Positions 36,214-45,999 of a stretch of DNA of 64,000 nucleotides are shown piece by piece. Source of the stretch: Oscillospiraceae bacterium (GTDB taxonomy: Bacteria; Bacillota; Clostridia; Oscillospirales; CAG-272); NCBI GenBank assembly GCA_015064395.1, contig SVSH01000012.1, positions 364 to 64,363 on the forward strand, read 5' to 3'. Each line of letters starts with the position of its first letter. Position 1 is the stretch's first letter. The notes beneath the pieces were generated by a model. That model saw only the letters and a program-made list of their open reading frames with translations, was not told the origin of the DNA and did no database searches. The translations under genes and the position numbers were made by a program.

Positions 36214-36242
36214 ATTCTACCATATTAACAATAAAAAATCAA
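36214..36242 (-). promoter_or_regulatory. sigma-A promoter with extended -10 for the DHHW/MBOAT operon
   Basis: Minus strand: TTGATT, 17-nt spacer, TGgTAGAAT. The -10 lies inside the near-palindrome tggtagcatattctacca (36205..36222). Confidence 0.5.
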
Positions 36243-36320
36243 TAGATTCCGCTTCTTTTCTATATTTCGCCGAAAAATTTTCCTCGTGTTTTGTGCAACA
36301 TGACGATGGTGTTTTTGTGC

Positions 36321-36360
36321 AAAAAAGCAACGGCGAGACAGGCGTCTTGCCGTTGCTTTT
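36321..36360. terminator. bidirectional terminator after pncB
   Basis: A-run, gcaacggc (36327..36334) ... gccgttgc (36349..36356), T-run. Confidence 0.7.
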
Positions 36361-36381
36361 CTTCCTATTTGTAATATTGGT

Positions 36382-37833
36382 TTATTTGCCTTTTCTTGCC
36401 TGCAGCATATTGTGCTTGATGTCCCACAGCTTTTGCGACAGGTCAACGTAGTAATTGTGCGGATTGCTGAAGCGGCGCACCTCGTCCCACATACTCTCGA
36501 TATCACGGGCACAGTGTGCACGCACCTCCTCCAAGCAAGGCAGCTCATACACCTGCTCACCACTCTTGAACACCTGCACGTGCAGAGGCTTTGCGATATA
36601 ATTGGTCAGCATCTTTCTCTTCCAGGTGTGCTCGGGATCAAACAGCTCGTAAGGCTGGCTATCGTCCACCACCTCGTCGTACAGACAAAGCAGATCTGCC
36701 TCCGCTTTTCCGCTCTCACGGCCGTACAGGCGGTATACCTTTTTGTAGTGAGGCGTCGTGATCTTACCCACGTTCTCGCTGATCTTGATCTTGGGCAGGA
36801 TCTTTCCCTCTTCGTTTTCCACGGCGCACAGCTTGTACACCGCGCCAAAGACGGGATCGCTCTTGGCCGTGATGAGGCGCTCGCCCACGCCAAAGCCGTC
36901 GATCTCGGCGCCCTGACGAATGAGCTCACGGATAATATACTCGTCCAGCGAATTGGAGACGATGATCTTACATTCCGTCAGTCCCGCCTCGTTCAGCATC
37001 GCGCGCACTTTCTTGGTCAGATAGGTGATGTCGCCCGAGTCGATCCGCACGCCACACTTGGTGATGCCCTTGGGAAGGAGCACCTCACGGAAGGCGCGAA
37101 TGGCGTTGGGAACGCCCGATTCCAGCACGTTGTAGGTGTCGATGAGCAGCGTCGCGTTGTTGGGATAGATCTCGCAGTAGGTCTTGAAGGCCGTGTATTC
37201 GTCATCAAACATCTGCACCCAGGAGTGGGCCATCGTACCCGTGGCGGGAACGCCGTACACCTCGTCCGTGATGGTGCAGGCCGTGGCGTTGCAACCGCCG
37301 ATATAGGCCGCACGCGCGCCCAGAATGGCCGCATCCGCGCCTTGAGCACGGCGAGAGCCGAATTCGCTGATGACACGTCCCTTGGCGGCACGGGTCATAC
37401 GGCTGGCCTTGGTTGCGATGAGCGACTGGTGGTTGATCATCATGAGCATATACGTCTCAATAAACTGCGCCTCGATGGCACGTGCCCGCACGGTGATCAG
37501 CGGTTCACCCGGGAACACGACCGTTCCTTCAGGGATCGCCCACATATCGCCCGTAAAACGGAAGGTGCGCAGATATTCCAAAAATTCCTCGCTGAAGCAT
37601 CCCTTGCCACGCAGAAATTCGATATCCTCGGCGTCGAAATGAAGCGTATTGATATATTCCACGATCTGTTCCAGTCCTGCGGCGATCGCATAACCGCCGT
37701 TATCGGGGTTGTCGCGGTAGTACAGGTCAAAATAAACGATCTTATCCCCCATGCCCGAGGCAAAATAGCCATTGCCCATGGTCAATTCGTAAAAATCACA
37801 CAGCATGGTAAGATTGCGGGAAAGCTGTTTCAT
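36382..37833 (-). CDS. pncB: nicotinate phosphoribosyltransferase
   Basis: LTMLCDFYELTMGNGYF start and MAHSWVQ motif; 483 aa. Confidence 0.9.
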   Translation of the reverse strand: MKQLSRNLTMLCDFYELTMGNGYFASGMGDKIVYFDLYYRDNPDNGGYAIAAGLEQIVEYINTLHFDAEDIEFLRGKGCFSEEFLEYLRTFRFTGDMWAIPEGTVVFPGEPLITVRARAIEAQFIETYMLMMINHQSLIATKASRMTRAAKGRVISEFGSRRAQGADAAILGARAAYIGGCNATACTITDEVYGVPATGTMAHSWVQMFDDEYTAFKTYCEIYPNNATLLIDTYNVLESGVPNAIRAFREVLLPKGITKCGVRIDSGDITYLTKKVRAMLNEAGLTECKIIVSNSLDEYIIRELIRQGAEIDGFGVGERLITAKSDPVFGAVYKLCAVENEEGKILPKIKISENVGKITTPHYKKVYRLYGRESGKAEADLLCLYDEVVDDSQPYELFDPEHTWKRKMLTNYIAKPLHVQVFKSGEQVYELPCLEEVRAHCARDIESMWDEVRRFSNPHNYYVDLSQKLWDIKHNMLQARKGK

Positions 37834-37910
37834 AGTGGTACTCCCTTCACAAAAGAGTTTTGATCTTAGATGTGCTTATTGTACCACATTTATCTGCTTT
37901 TTTCAATAGA

Positions 37911-37947
37911 TCAGGGAAACTTCCGCGGAAGTTTCCCTGATTTTTTT
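37911..37947. terminator. GC-rich hairpin with T-run
   Basis: tcagggaaacttcc/ggaagtttccctga perfect 14-bp stem, ttttttt on the plus side. Lies 3 nt downstream of the spoIVA stop; related in style to the hairpin repeat family. Confidence 0.5.
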
Positions 37948-37950
37948 CAT

Positions 37951-39432
37951 TTAGAGCAAAATACAGATTAGCCCATTGCTTCCCTCATTGATGATACGCT
38001 CCAGCGTTTCGGAAATGCGCGAGCGGGAGTCGCCCGACATATGGGACAGCTTGGCGTGAAGCCCCTCGTTGACCAGCTCATACAGCGTCTTGCCAAACAG
38101 GTTGGACTGCCAGATGGAGGCAGGGTCCTCTTCGAACTCCCGCATCATGTACTTGACCAGATCCTCCGACTGCTGTTCTGTCCCCACGATGGGATTGATC
38201 TCGGTCTCGATGTTGGCGCGTATCATATGGATGGACTGCGCCGCCGCCCGCAGGTGCACGCCGTAGCCGCCCGCCTGCTTGACGATCTGGGGCTCCTCCA
38301 AGTGAAGATCACTCACCTCAGGCATTACGATACCGTAGCCGCTCTCGTTGGCCGAGCGCAGGGCGTCCGCGATCTTATCGTATTCCGTCTTCATTTGAGA
38401 AAGCGAGATCATCTGACGCATGAGCTGCTCTTCCCCTTCGATCGCAAGCCCCGTCAATTCCCCGAGCACACGGTAGTACAAGCCATCTGCCAAGGACAGC
38501 GAAATGAGCGCCTTGCCGCTCCCCAGATCCATCTGTTCAATGGTGAAGTCGTCCAGATATTCGTTGTTCATCAGGCTCTCAAAGGCCGTGGCAACGTCGC
38601 CTGCCCGTCTCACCTGACGGGCACAGGCCTCCACTGCGGCTGTGAGCGACTGGCAGATGCGGTGCTCCTCTCCCAGTGCTTGTGTCCAAGAAGGAACACG
38701 CACACGGATCTCACACACGGGAAATTCATGCAGTACCATCTCCAAAATGTGACGGATATCCTCGGCGTTCAGGTGCAGGCAGTTGACCAGCGCCACCGGC
38801 ACCTGATACTTGGCCTCCAGCTCATACGCCAGCTGCAATGCACTATCAGACGCGGGATTGGCGGTATTGAGAATGACGGCAAAGGGCCTGCCGATGCTCT
38901 TGAGCTCGCTCACGATGCGCTCCTCGGCCTCCACGTAGGAGGCGCGTGGGATCTCGCCGATGCTGCCGTCCGTCGTCACCAGCATGCCAATGGTGGCGTG
39001 ATCGAAAATGACCTTGCGCGTCCCCGTCTCGGCCGCCTGCACGAAGGGCATAGGCTCCTCCTGCCAAGGCGTGCGCACCATGCGGGGCTGGCCGTTTTCC
39101 TCAATGCCCAGCACGTCGGGAACGAGATACCCCACGCAATCCACCATACGAACCCGCGCGCTGACGCCGTCCGACAGCGTGACCGTCACCGCCTCATCGG
39201 GAATGAACTTGGGCTCGGTCGTCATGACCGTCTTGCCCCCTGCCGATTGGGGCAATTCGTCTCTGGCGCGGTCGCGCGCCTGCCCCGCCTCCATACCGGG
39301 CAGTACCAACGCCTCCATGAAGCGCTTGATAAAGGTGGATTTCCCCGTTCGTACCGGCCCCACCACGCCGATGTAAATGTCCCCGCCCGTCCGTGCGGCA
39401 ATGTCACTGTAGATGGATTGTTCAGGCGTCAT
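37951..39432 (-). CDS. spoIVA: stage IV sporulation protein A
   Basis: Trimmed to ATG 39432. IYSDIAARTGGDIYIGVVGPVRTGKSTFIKRFME Walker A region; 493 aa. Confidence 0.92.
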   Translation of the reverse strand: MTPEQSIYSDIAARTGGDIYIGVVGPVRTGKSTFIKRFMEALVLPGMEAGQARDRARDELPQSAGGKTVMTTEPKFIPDEAVTVTLSDGVSARVRMVDCVGYLVPDVLGIEENGQPRMVRTPWQEEPMPFVQAAETGTRKVIFDHATIGMLVTTDGSIGEIPRASYVEAEERIVSELKSIGRPFAVILNTANPASDSALQLAYELEAKYQVPVALVNCLHLNAEDIRHILEMVLHEFPVCEIRVRVPSWTQALGEEHRICQSLTAAVEACARQVRRAGDVATAFESLMNNEYLDDFTIEQMDLGSGKALISLSLADGLYYRVLGELTGLAIEGEEQLMRQMISLSQMKTEYDKIADALRSANESGYGIVMPEVSDLHLEEPQIVKQAGGYGVHLRAAAQSIHMIRANIETEINPIVGTEQQSEDLVKYMMREFEEDPASIWQSNLFGKTLYELVNEGLHAKLSHMSGDSRSRISETLERIINEGSNGLICILL

Positions 39433-39492
39433 AAGTATTTTCTCCCTTCCTCTGCTTGCGCTCGGCGATTTCCGATCGCGTCTATTCAATGC

Positions 39493-39523
39493 AATGTATG
39501 CGCCGGGGGAGAAGATTATGCGA
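39493..39523 (-). promoter_or_regulatory. sigma-E type sporulation promoter upstream of spoIVA
   Basis: Minus strand: tcgCATAat, then CATACAtT with 16 nt between ATA and CATACA. Matches the B. subtilis SigE consensus (ATA-N16-18-CATACAnT). Confidence 0.5.
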
Positions 39524-39540
39524 CAGAGAGAAAAATTGTG

Positions 39541-39568
39541 AAAAAGAAAACACCGACTCGCGTCGGTG
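39541..39568 (-). terminator. intrinsic terminator after the AlaX gene
   Basis: caccgac/gtcggtg stem, followed on the minus strand by ttttcttttt. Confidence 0.7.
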
Positions 39569-39590
39569 CTTCCTTACGTTATTATCAGCA

Positions 39591-40763
39591 TTATGCAAAG
39601 AATGCTTCGATCTGTTCTTTCGTCGCACCAAGCGTGCCCTGGATCATGGCGTCAGATCCTCCGCCGCGACCGGAGAGCTGTGCGTTCATGTCCTTGCCGA
39701 GCGCGCGCAAGGGCTTACTTCTGCTGACGCAGACGTAGCGATAGCCGCTCTCGGTTGACGAGAACACGGCGCAAATGCCGTCCGGCACGCGATCCGCGCC
39801 GCCATCCGCCATACCGCGCTGGATGTTGGCGTCCATGTCCCCTTCAAAGAACAAGAGATTTCCCTGTTCATCGGGGGTGGCCGCCGCCAACTTGACCGCG
39901 CAAAGTTCCCGTTTGGCCGCACTTAAAGCGGCACGGATCATGAGCAGGTCATCCGTCAGCTTATCCATCGCCTCGACCGCCTGCCAGGGCTTGACGCTCT
40001 GACGGCGTGTGATGGTCAGAATATCCTCATGCTTTTTCGTATAATCCGCCAGTGCCCAACCGCCGCACAGCACCCACAGACGCATACCACCCTTGTGGTG
40101 AATGGCACTGACGATTTTGATCAATCCAATCTCGCCCGTGCGCTTGACGTGAGGCGCACAGCAGGCGCAGGCATCCACGCCCTCGATGGTCACGATGCGG
40201 ACGTTCTCCGCCAGATCAAGCTTACTGCGGTAAGGCAGACTTGCCAGCGTGTTGGCGCCAGGATAGTCGGCGTGGATTTCGGTGTTGGCAAAGACAGCAC
40301 GGTTGGCCGCGAGCTCCAGTTCGCACAGCTGCTCCTCGGTCAAGGGAATATCAAGATCCATGGTCATTTCCCGGTCGCCCAAGTGAAAGCCGACGTTCTC
40401 GGCGCCCCATTTTGCGTGAGCAATGCCGCACAAAATATGCTCGCCCGAATGGTTTTGCATACGGGCAAATCTCTCCTCGGCATCCAGAATACCCTGCACA
40501 GTCGAGCCCACCGCAAATGCGGCGTCCGTGATGTGCACAATACGGTCATCCACGATCTGCACGTCGTATACCACTGCGCCGCTGATCGTACCGGGGTCGG
40601 CATACTGTCCCCCACCCTCGGGAAAGAAGGCGGTGCGGTCCAGTTCAATGGCGTATCGCCCCTCGTCCACGGGCTCGCAAGCGATCACGCGGGCGTCAAA
40701 GGCGTAGCATTCGCTGTCGATCTCATACAGCTTATGGGTGGCTGTCTGCGACTTGCCGATCAT
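39591..40763 (-). CDS. alanyl-tRNA editing protein (AlaX-L type)
   Basis: HSGEHIL and CCAPHV zinc motifs of the Ala/Thr-RS second additional domain, plus a DHHA1-like C-terminus. Confidence 0.85.
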   Translation of the reverse strand: MIGKSQTATHKLYEIDSECYAFDARVIACEPVDEGRYAIELDRTAFFPEGGGQYADPGTISGAVVYDVQIVDDRIVHITDAAFAVGSTVQGILDAEERFARMQNHSGEHILCGIAHAKWGAENVGFHLGDREMTMDLDIPLTEEQLCELELAANRAVFANTEIHADYPGANTLASLPYRSKLDLAENVRIVTIEGVDACACCAPHVKRTGEIGLIKIVSAIHHKGGMRLWVLCGGWALADYTKKHEDILTITRRQSVKPWQAVEAMDKLTDDLLMIRAALSAAKRELCAVKLAAATPDEQGNLLFFEGDMDANIQRGMADGGADRVPDGICAVFSSTESGYRYVCVSRSKPLRALGKDMNAQLSGRGGGSDAMIQGTLGATKEQIEAFFA

Positions 40764-42016
40764 TTCTCTTGTGCCGAGCCACCCTCGGTCTTGTTACTCT
40801 CCGCAGGAGTCACCTCGATGGTATACCCCTCGATCAAGGTATTGTAAGCGATCTCCTCCAGCGTTTGGAGAACGATGGTCTGCTTTTCTTCCTTATCGAA
40901 GTACTCCATCGCGCCCTCGCGGGTGTAGGTCTCTTTGTTGGCAGCGGTCATCATTTCATTGAGCTTTTCCAGGTTTTCATCCGTATACAGCTCCAGCGCA
41001 CGCTGATACTGCTCATCGGTGTAGGTGTAATTTTCAGCCGCAAAGACGGCATAATACACCATCTCATCCTTTACGATATTGCGGCAAGCCTCAAAGATAC
41101 CGTTCAAGGAAATTTGCATATACATCAGATAAATATCCAGCGTCATCCCATAATATGCCGCATAGTAAGAATACGTATTATAGTAATAACCGTAGTAATA
41201 CATGATCGCGTCCTCGTGGTCCTTTTTCAGGGCCGCGTTCTCGCTGATCTTGCTCCAGAATGCAATTCTCACAGCCAGATCATAGGCGTCCGTCTGCATC
41301 TGCGCCTTGAGATCGGCCTTGTAGTCAGCGGCCGTGGTAAACTTGCCCTCGGTGTAGGTGGCAACAAAATCGTCCGTCAGCTCGGGATTACCCACGATAT
41401 AGTGGATGGTAAAGGTAAAGACCGCGTCCTTCCCTGCCAGATCGGCAGAGTGATAATTATCCGGAAACTTCACAGGCACGTCGATGGTCGTACCGGGTGT
41501 AGCACCTACCAGACCCTCGACAAAGCCGGGGATGTAGCCGCTATTCTCTTTCACCCCGATGGTCTGCATCTTCGCAGAGCCGCCATCAAAGGCAACACCG
41601 TCCTTTTTACCGACGTAATCGACAACGACAGTATCGTTCCAGGCGATGGGACGATCCGTGATTTCAGCATCCGGGTGGTTTTCCTTCAAAATGGTCTTGA
41701 TGCGGTCTTCAACCATAGCATCCGTGATAAGAAAATCCTTCTCGGCGATGGTCAGGGTCAGGTTCTTATAGCGACCGAGCGCCACATAATCAGTGATAGT
41801 CAGCTTGCTGTAATCGGGCAGCTGATAGTCCTTTTTGGGATCGTAGTCCAATTCATTGAACACGCCGTCGGTAGCGGGATCGACCTTGGGCTGATCATTA
41901 TTTTCGTTATTTGTACCGCCCTGCTGGTCATCCGGCTTCTGACAGCCCGTGACGCACAAAAGCATCAGTGCCGCCAGTATAAAAGCAAGCACACGTATGG
42001 TTATTGTTTTCATCAT
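40760..42016 (-). CDS. lipoprotein, trigger-factor-like FKBP-type peptidyl-prolyl isomerase
   Basis: Lipobox LLCVTGC after the signal peptide. VVVDYVGKKDGVAFDGGSA...GYIPGFVEGLVG matches the TF/FKBP PPIase core. Confidence 0.65.
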   Translation of the reverse strand: MMKTITIRVLAFILAALMLLCVTGCQKPDDQQGGTNNENNDQPKVDPATDGVFNELDYDPKKDYQLPDYSKLTITDYVALGRYKNLTLTIAEKDFLITDAMVEDRIKTILKENHPDAEITDRPIAWNDTVVVDYVGKKDGVAFDGGSAKMQTIGVKENSGYIPGFVEGLVGATPGTTIDVPVKFPDNYHSADLAGKDAVFTFTIHYIVGNPELTDDFVATYTEGKFTTAADYKADLKAQMQTDAYDLAVRIAFWSKISENAALKKDHEDAIMYYYGYYYNTYSYYAAYYGMTLDIYLMYMQISLNGIFEACRNIVKDEMVYYAVFAAENYTYTDEQYQRALELYTDENLEKLNEMMTAANKETYTREGAMEYFDKEEKQTIVLQTLEEIAYNTLIEGYTIEVTPAESNKTEGGSAQEK

Positions 42017-42051
42017 TTCATATCCTTCCTTGTTGTTTGGTCACGATAAGG

Positions 42052-42089
42052 AAAAAGACTCGTCGCATCATCACTGATGTCCCGAGTCC
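42052..42089 (-). terminator. terminator after rpmF
   Basis: gactcg/cgagtc outer stem with inner catca/tgatg, ttttt on the minus strand. Confidence 0.5.
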
Positions 42090-42117
42090 TTTCCTTTGAA
42101 CGCTTCAAAAATCGGAC

Positions 42118-42312
42118 TCATGCCTCTTCCTTGACGTTCAGAACCTTCTTACCGTTGTAGTAGCCGCAAACCTTGCAAACGCAGTGGGGACGGATGGTCT
42201 CACCGCATGCCGGGTTGGAGCACTTTACCATACCGGGCAGGGTCAGCTTGCTGTTGTTGGAGCGACGCTTATCTCTGCGAGCGCTCGATACCTTTTTCTT
42301 TGGTACTGCCAT
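42118..42312 (-). CDS. rpmF: 50S ribosomal protein L32
   Basis: MAVPKKKVSSARRDKRRS... with two CxxC pairs. Confidence 0.93.
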   Translation of the reverse strand: MAVPKKKVSSARRDKRRSNNSKLTLPGMVKCSNPACGETIRPHCVCKVCGYYNGKKVLNVKEEA

Positions 42313-42368
42313 TGACGTACACCTCCTTATATTCCGTGAGCTATGCCCACTTCACTGTATATTTTTAA

Positions 42369-42887
42369 TTATTCATTTTCATTTTCATCCAGCAAGGTCT
42401 GAAGGATGGCCAGGCGCGGGTCGATCTCACGCGTGGGGCAACCGCATTCTCCCTCGCGGCGGGGCTTGCCGCATTTGGGACAAAGTCCCGGACAGTCCTC
42501 CTCGCAAAGCAGTCGCATGGGGAAGGACAGGATCAGCGCCTCGCGCAGCTCCTCGTCCAGGTCAAGCTCGCCATTCTGAATGATGACGTACTCGTCCACA
42601 TTGTCCTCAAGCTGCTCGTCCGTCAAGGTTCCCTCGTCTGCCACCGTTCTCTCGAACTGCATGGTAAAGACGTCCTTGACCGGGGAGAGGCATCTGGCGC
42701 ACTCGCCCTCATAGTCAAGCGTCGCTTCCAGGATCAGGCGCATATAGCCGGCTTCGTTGGTGATCTCGCCTACAACGTGCGCGTCGCCCATAAAGGTCAC
42801 GCCGTCGAGTGCCTCGGGAGAGAGCATATAATCCACGGAAATACGAGAGACCTCGCCGCGCAGCATAGGGCGCATATCCAGCGTCAT
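42369..42887 (-). CDS. yceD: YceD/DUF177 family protein
   Basis: Directly upstream of rpmF. C-terminal CxxxCxGLCxxCG motif (CEEDCPGLCPKCG). Confidence 0.85.
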   Translation of the reverse strand: MTLDMRPMLRGEVSRISVDYMLSPEALDGVTFMGDAHVVGEITNEAGYMRLILEATLDYEGECARCLSPVKDVFTMQFERTVADEGTLTDEQLEDNVDEYVIIQNGELDLDEELREALILSFPMRLLCEEDCPGLCPKCGKPRREGECGCPTREIDPRLAILQTLLDENENE

Positions 42888-43140
42888 AGCTCACACCTCC
42901 AACGTTTTTTGGGGCCTTTTCAACCCTTGCCATAAAAGAACACAAAATGCGACGCTATATATTATAACGGATAATCCTAAAAAAGTCAAGTGTTTTTTGA
43001 AGTTTGCATAAAATTCTTTTTTATTTTTGATCCGTTTTGATCCCCTTGTCGCAACTGAATGGCTTTTGATGCGGCGAGCGTTGACAAATGGGGGCTTTTC
43101 CTGTATAATAGGAGTGATATTTTGGGAAAAGAGGGATGGT

Positions 43141-43668
43141 ATGACGCCTCATAAGCGTACGGCAAAAGAATTATTTGAGTCGGGAGCTCACTGTGCCCAG
43201 GCTGCTTTGGGGGCGTTGTGTGACGTCACGGGGCTGTCGCTTGAGGACTCCCTTGCGCTGTCCGCTTCGTTTGGCGGAGGCGTGGGCCGTATGCGAGAGA
43301 TGTGCGGGGCTTTGTCGGGCATTCTCATCGCGGTTGGGCTGCAGTTCGGCCGCTACCCTTTGGGTGACGAAGACACAGCCGCCAACAAGGACCGCCACTA
43401 CCGCCTGACGCAATACGTCTGTGCCGAGTTTAAGCGCAAGACAGGCTCGGTCTTTTGCTATCGGCTTCTGGATCTGCCCCACGCGGCGCAAGTTCCCGTC
43501 AGCCAGCCCCGCACGCAGGACTTTTACCACGCTCGCCCCTGCCTTGACCTGGTATTAGCCGCCGTCGAGGTGTTTGACGAATTACTCGAAGCCGAACAAA
43601 ACGGCACGCTGGAGGATCTGATCTCGACCGAACGAGCAGCAGATACAACGGCGTATTTGAACGAATAA
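43141..43668 (+). CDS. C_GCAxxG_C_C family redox-type protein
   Basis: Trimmed to ATG 43141. GAHCAQAALGALCD and MCGALSG motifs. Confidence 0.75.
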   Translation: MTPHKRTAKELFESGAHCAQAALGALCDVTGLSLEDSLALSASFGGGVGRMREMCGALSGILIAVGLQFGRYPLGDEDTAANKDRHYRLTQYVCAEFKRKTGSVFCYRLLDLPHAAQVPVSQPRTQDFYHARPCLDLVLAAVEVFDELLEAEQNGTLEDLISTERAADTTAYLNE

Positions 43669-43688
43669 AATTGCGAAAGGAGTCCCAC

Positions 43689-44888
43689 ATGAAGCCAGTC
43701 GGTATCATATGTGAATACAACCCCTACCATGCGGGACACGCTCGCCAGTTGTCCGCTGCCCGCCGAGAGGCCGGAGCTGACGTAGTGATCGCCGTCATGA
43801 GCGAGCACACGACACAACGCGGTGAATTGGCCGTCGCAGACGGCTACGTGCGCGCCGAGGCCGCCTTGCGGTGTGGCGCCGACCTGGTCATCGGTCTTCC
43901 CTTTCCCTACTCATCTTCTCCCGCCGAGTTTTTTGCACTGGGCGGCGTTCGCATTCTGAACGCACTGGGCGCTGACGCATTGCATTTTGGCAGTGAGAGC
44001 GGCGACATCGATGCATTGCGAGATGCCGCGAGCCGAGTCTATTCCCCCCCTTTTTTGGACGCGTTGACGCAGTACCAGCAAGGGAATCCCGAGTGCGGCA
44101 TCATGCAATGCCGCGCGACGGTATATGAGCAGTGCTACAGTACACCCCTGCCGGGCGGCTCCAACGATCTGCTGGCGATGGCCTATCTTGCCGCCCTGGA
44201 CACGACAGGGAGCACGATGTGCCCCTTGACCATCCGGCGGCGAGGACAGGCCTACAACGAGACGAACGTGCCGATGGTGGGTCAATATCCCAGTGCGACT
44301 GCCCTGCGCGCGCTTTGGCAGACGGGAGGCTTGGAGTCGCTCCGTCCTCACCTTCCCTCGCCTGTTTTGGAATGCTTGGAGGAGGCGATGGCACAGGGAC
44401 TTGCGCCGCTTGACATAGACCGCCTGACGCCCGCTATTCTGGCCTTTTACCGCACGGCAAGCGCTGACAATTTGACACTGTGTGCCGAGGTAGACGGGGG
44501 CCTTGCCGCCCGCTTGATCGAGGCCGCCAAGGCTGCTACGACGCTGAGCGAATTTTTCTCGCTGGCCGCCACCAAGCGCTACACCACCGCTCGCTTACGC
44601 CGCGCGGTGTTGTTTGGACTCTGCGGTGTTCGCTCCGAGGATCTTCGCACACCTCCCTCCTACGTTCGTCTGTTGGCGGCAAGCCATGCAGGATGTGACT
44701 ATCTCTCCTCCATCCGCAAGACCTGTCCATTGCCCATCCTCACCAAGCCTGCTGATATTCCCGCCTCCCCCGAGGCACAGCGCCAGCGAATGATCGAAGA
44801 GCGCCTTGAGGCCCTGGTCACACTGACCTATCCGACGCCCAAGGCGGCATCTTACCTGATAAAGCAGCATCCAACCATCCAAAAATAA
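43689..44888 (+). CDS. tmcAL: tRNA(Met) cytidine acetate ligase (UPF0348 nucleotidyltransferase)
   Basis: Trimmed to ATG 43689 behind AAAGGAG. GIICEYNPYHAGHARQL HxGH-type motif. Confidence 0.8.
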   Translation: MKPVGIICEYNPYHAGHARQLSAARREAGADVVIAVMSEHTTQRGELAVADGYVRAEAALRCGADLVIGLPFPYSSSPAEFFALGGVRILNALGADALHFGSESGDIDALRDAASRVYSPPFLDALTQYQQGNPECGIMQCRATVYEQCYSTPLPGGSNDLLAMAYLAALDTTGSTMCPLTIRRRGQAYNETNVPMVGQYPSATALRALWQTGGLESLRPHLPSPVLECLEEAMAQGLAPLDIDRLTPAILAFYRTASADNLTLCAEVDGGLAARLIEAAKAATTLSEFFSLAATKRYTTARLRRAVLFGLCGVRSEDLRTPPSYVRLLAASHAGCDYLSSIRKTCPLPILTKPADIPASPEAQRQRMIEERLEALVTLTYPTPKAASYLIKQHPTIQK

Positions 44889-44918
44889 GTGCCTTTTGCA
44901 AAATAACTGCACCGCCCC

Positions 44919-44947
44919 TTGACTTTTCCCAAAAGATATGGTAGACT
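44919..44947 (+). promoter_or_regulatory. sigma-A promoter with extended -10
   Basis: TTGACT (44919..44924), 17-nt spacer, TGgTAGACT (44939..44947). Confidence 0.45.
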
Positions 44948-45000
44948 AATATGGTATATATGAGATCGTATCAGCCGCCAAGCGGCGAAAGGAGAATACA

Positions 45001-45294
45001 ATGGCAAACGAAGAATTGAATTTGGTCAGTGGCAAATATCTGGAATACCGCGGCAAGCCCCTGGTGCGCGAGGGCGACACCATTTGCTACGGTGACATGA
45101 ACGAAAAGTGCATTCTGATCCTGGAGATCATCTCCTACAAGGAGGTCGAGGGCAAAAAGCTGCCCGATAAGATCATGATCCAGGTCATCGACTCCAAAGA
45201 CCCCAACAAGATCATCCGTCAGGGCTCCTACAGCGGCCTTCACGACGCCTTTACCATGGGCGAGATCTGGTTGGATCAGGCGCTTCAGCAATAA
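45001..45294 (+). CDS. hypothetical 97-aa protein
   Basis: Strong RBS aaaggagaataca before the ATG, genome-typical codon usage, no recognised motif. Confidence 0.6.
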   Translation: MANEELNLVSGKYLEYRGKPLVREGDTICYGDMNEKCILILEIISYKEVEGKKLPDKIMIQVIDSKDPNKIIRQGSYSGLHDAFTMGEIWLDQALQQ

Positions 45295-45300
45295 AGAACG

Positions 45301-45531
45301 AGGGGGAGAACTTCTTGAAAGAAGTTCTCCCCCTGTCCCCCCTCTCAAGAATTTTTAAAGGGGGAATATCAGGGCAAAGTGGGAATGTTTGTGCGCTGTT
45401 CCATAGGGTGGACCTTTTCGTTCGCGCCTGCGCGATGCCCGTGTTGAGCGGGCAAGCAAACGCTCTGAATTTCGGCGCAAGCCGAGATAGGCTGCCGCAA
45501 GCTCGCAGGTCCCTCCCCACTCGCTCCACAA
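45301..45531 (+). repeat. stop-proximal hairpin repeat element, copy C
   Basis: agggggagaacttcttgaaagaagttctccccct (45301..45334), box cccccctctcaagaattttta, second box aggctgccgcaagctcgcaggtccctccccactcgctccacaa (45489..45531). Starts 6 nt after the stop. Confidence 0.8.
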
Positions 45532-45596
45532 AAGTTGATAATGACAAAAAGGCGGCAAAAGCGGACTTCTCATAAGGAAGTTTGCCTGGTGCACTG

Positions 45597-45644
45597 GTAG
45601 GGGCGAACTGTGTTCGCCCGCGGGCGTTCAAAAAACGCCCCTAC
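45597..45644. repeat. nested GC-rich palindromic (REP-like) unit
   Basis: gtaggggcg ... cgcccctac 9-bp outer stem encloses ggcgaac/gttcgcc and gggcgtt/aacgccc options. Confidence 0.5.
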
Positions 45645-45765
45645 GGATAACAAAAATTGAACCGCAGAAAACAAACAGTAAACCTCGACAGACCTTAAAA
45701 ATCTGTCGGGGTTTAGTATTTATATGAAAACAGCCATCATGCCGTCTTTCCATTCCCTTTTCCAA

Positions 45766-45873
45766 GTTTTTTGAAAAGGGGCGCGGGGGAAACCTTTTTT
45801 CTCATTTTGTGCCGAGAGGGAACCTTCTTGGAAAGAAGGTTCCCTCCCCGCCCCCTCCCTCCAAGAACTCCAC
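45766..45873. repeat. hairpin repeat copies F (half copy) and D
   Basis: F: ttttttgaaaaggggcgcgggggaaacctttttt lacks the 3' arm. D: gagggaaccttcttggaaagaaggttccctc (45816..45846) plus box ccccctccctccaagaactccac. Confidence 0.7.
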
Positions 45874-45930
45874 AGTCAGCAAGAATTTTCGCTTTCACGC
45901 AAAACCTACTTCTTGTTCTTTTCTTTGGAT

Positions 45931-45983
45931 TTTTTTGAAAAGGGGTGCGGGGGAAAACTTTTTTCAAAAAAGTTTTCCCCCGC
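45931..45983 (-). repeat. stop-proximal hairpin repeat element, copy E (TTTTTT-loop variant)
   Basis: gcgggggaaaactttttt/aaaaaagttttcccccgc 17-bp stem (45947..45983) plus box ttttttgaaaagggg. Ends 16 nt from the hydA stop, oriented with hydA. Confidence 0.75.
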
Positions 45984-45999
45984 CTTTATTTTTTACCCA

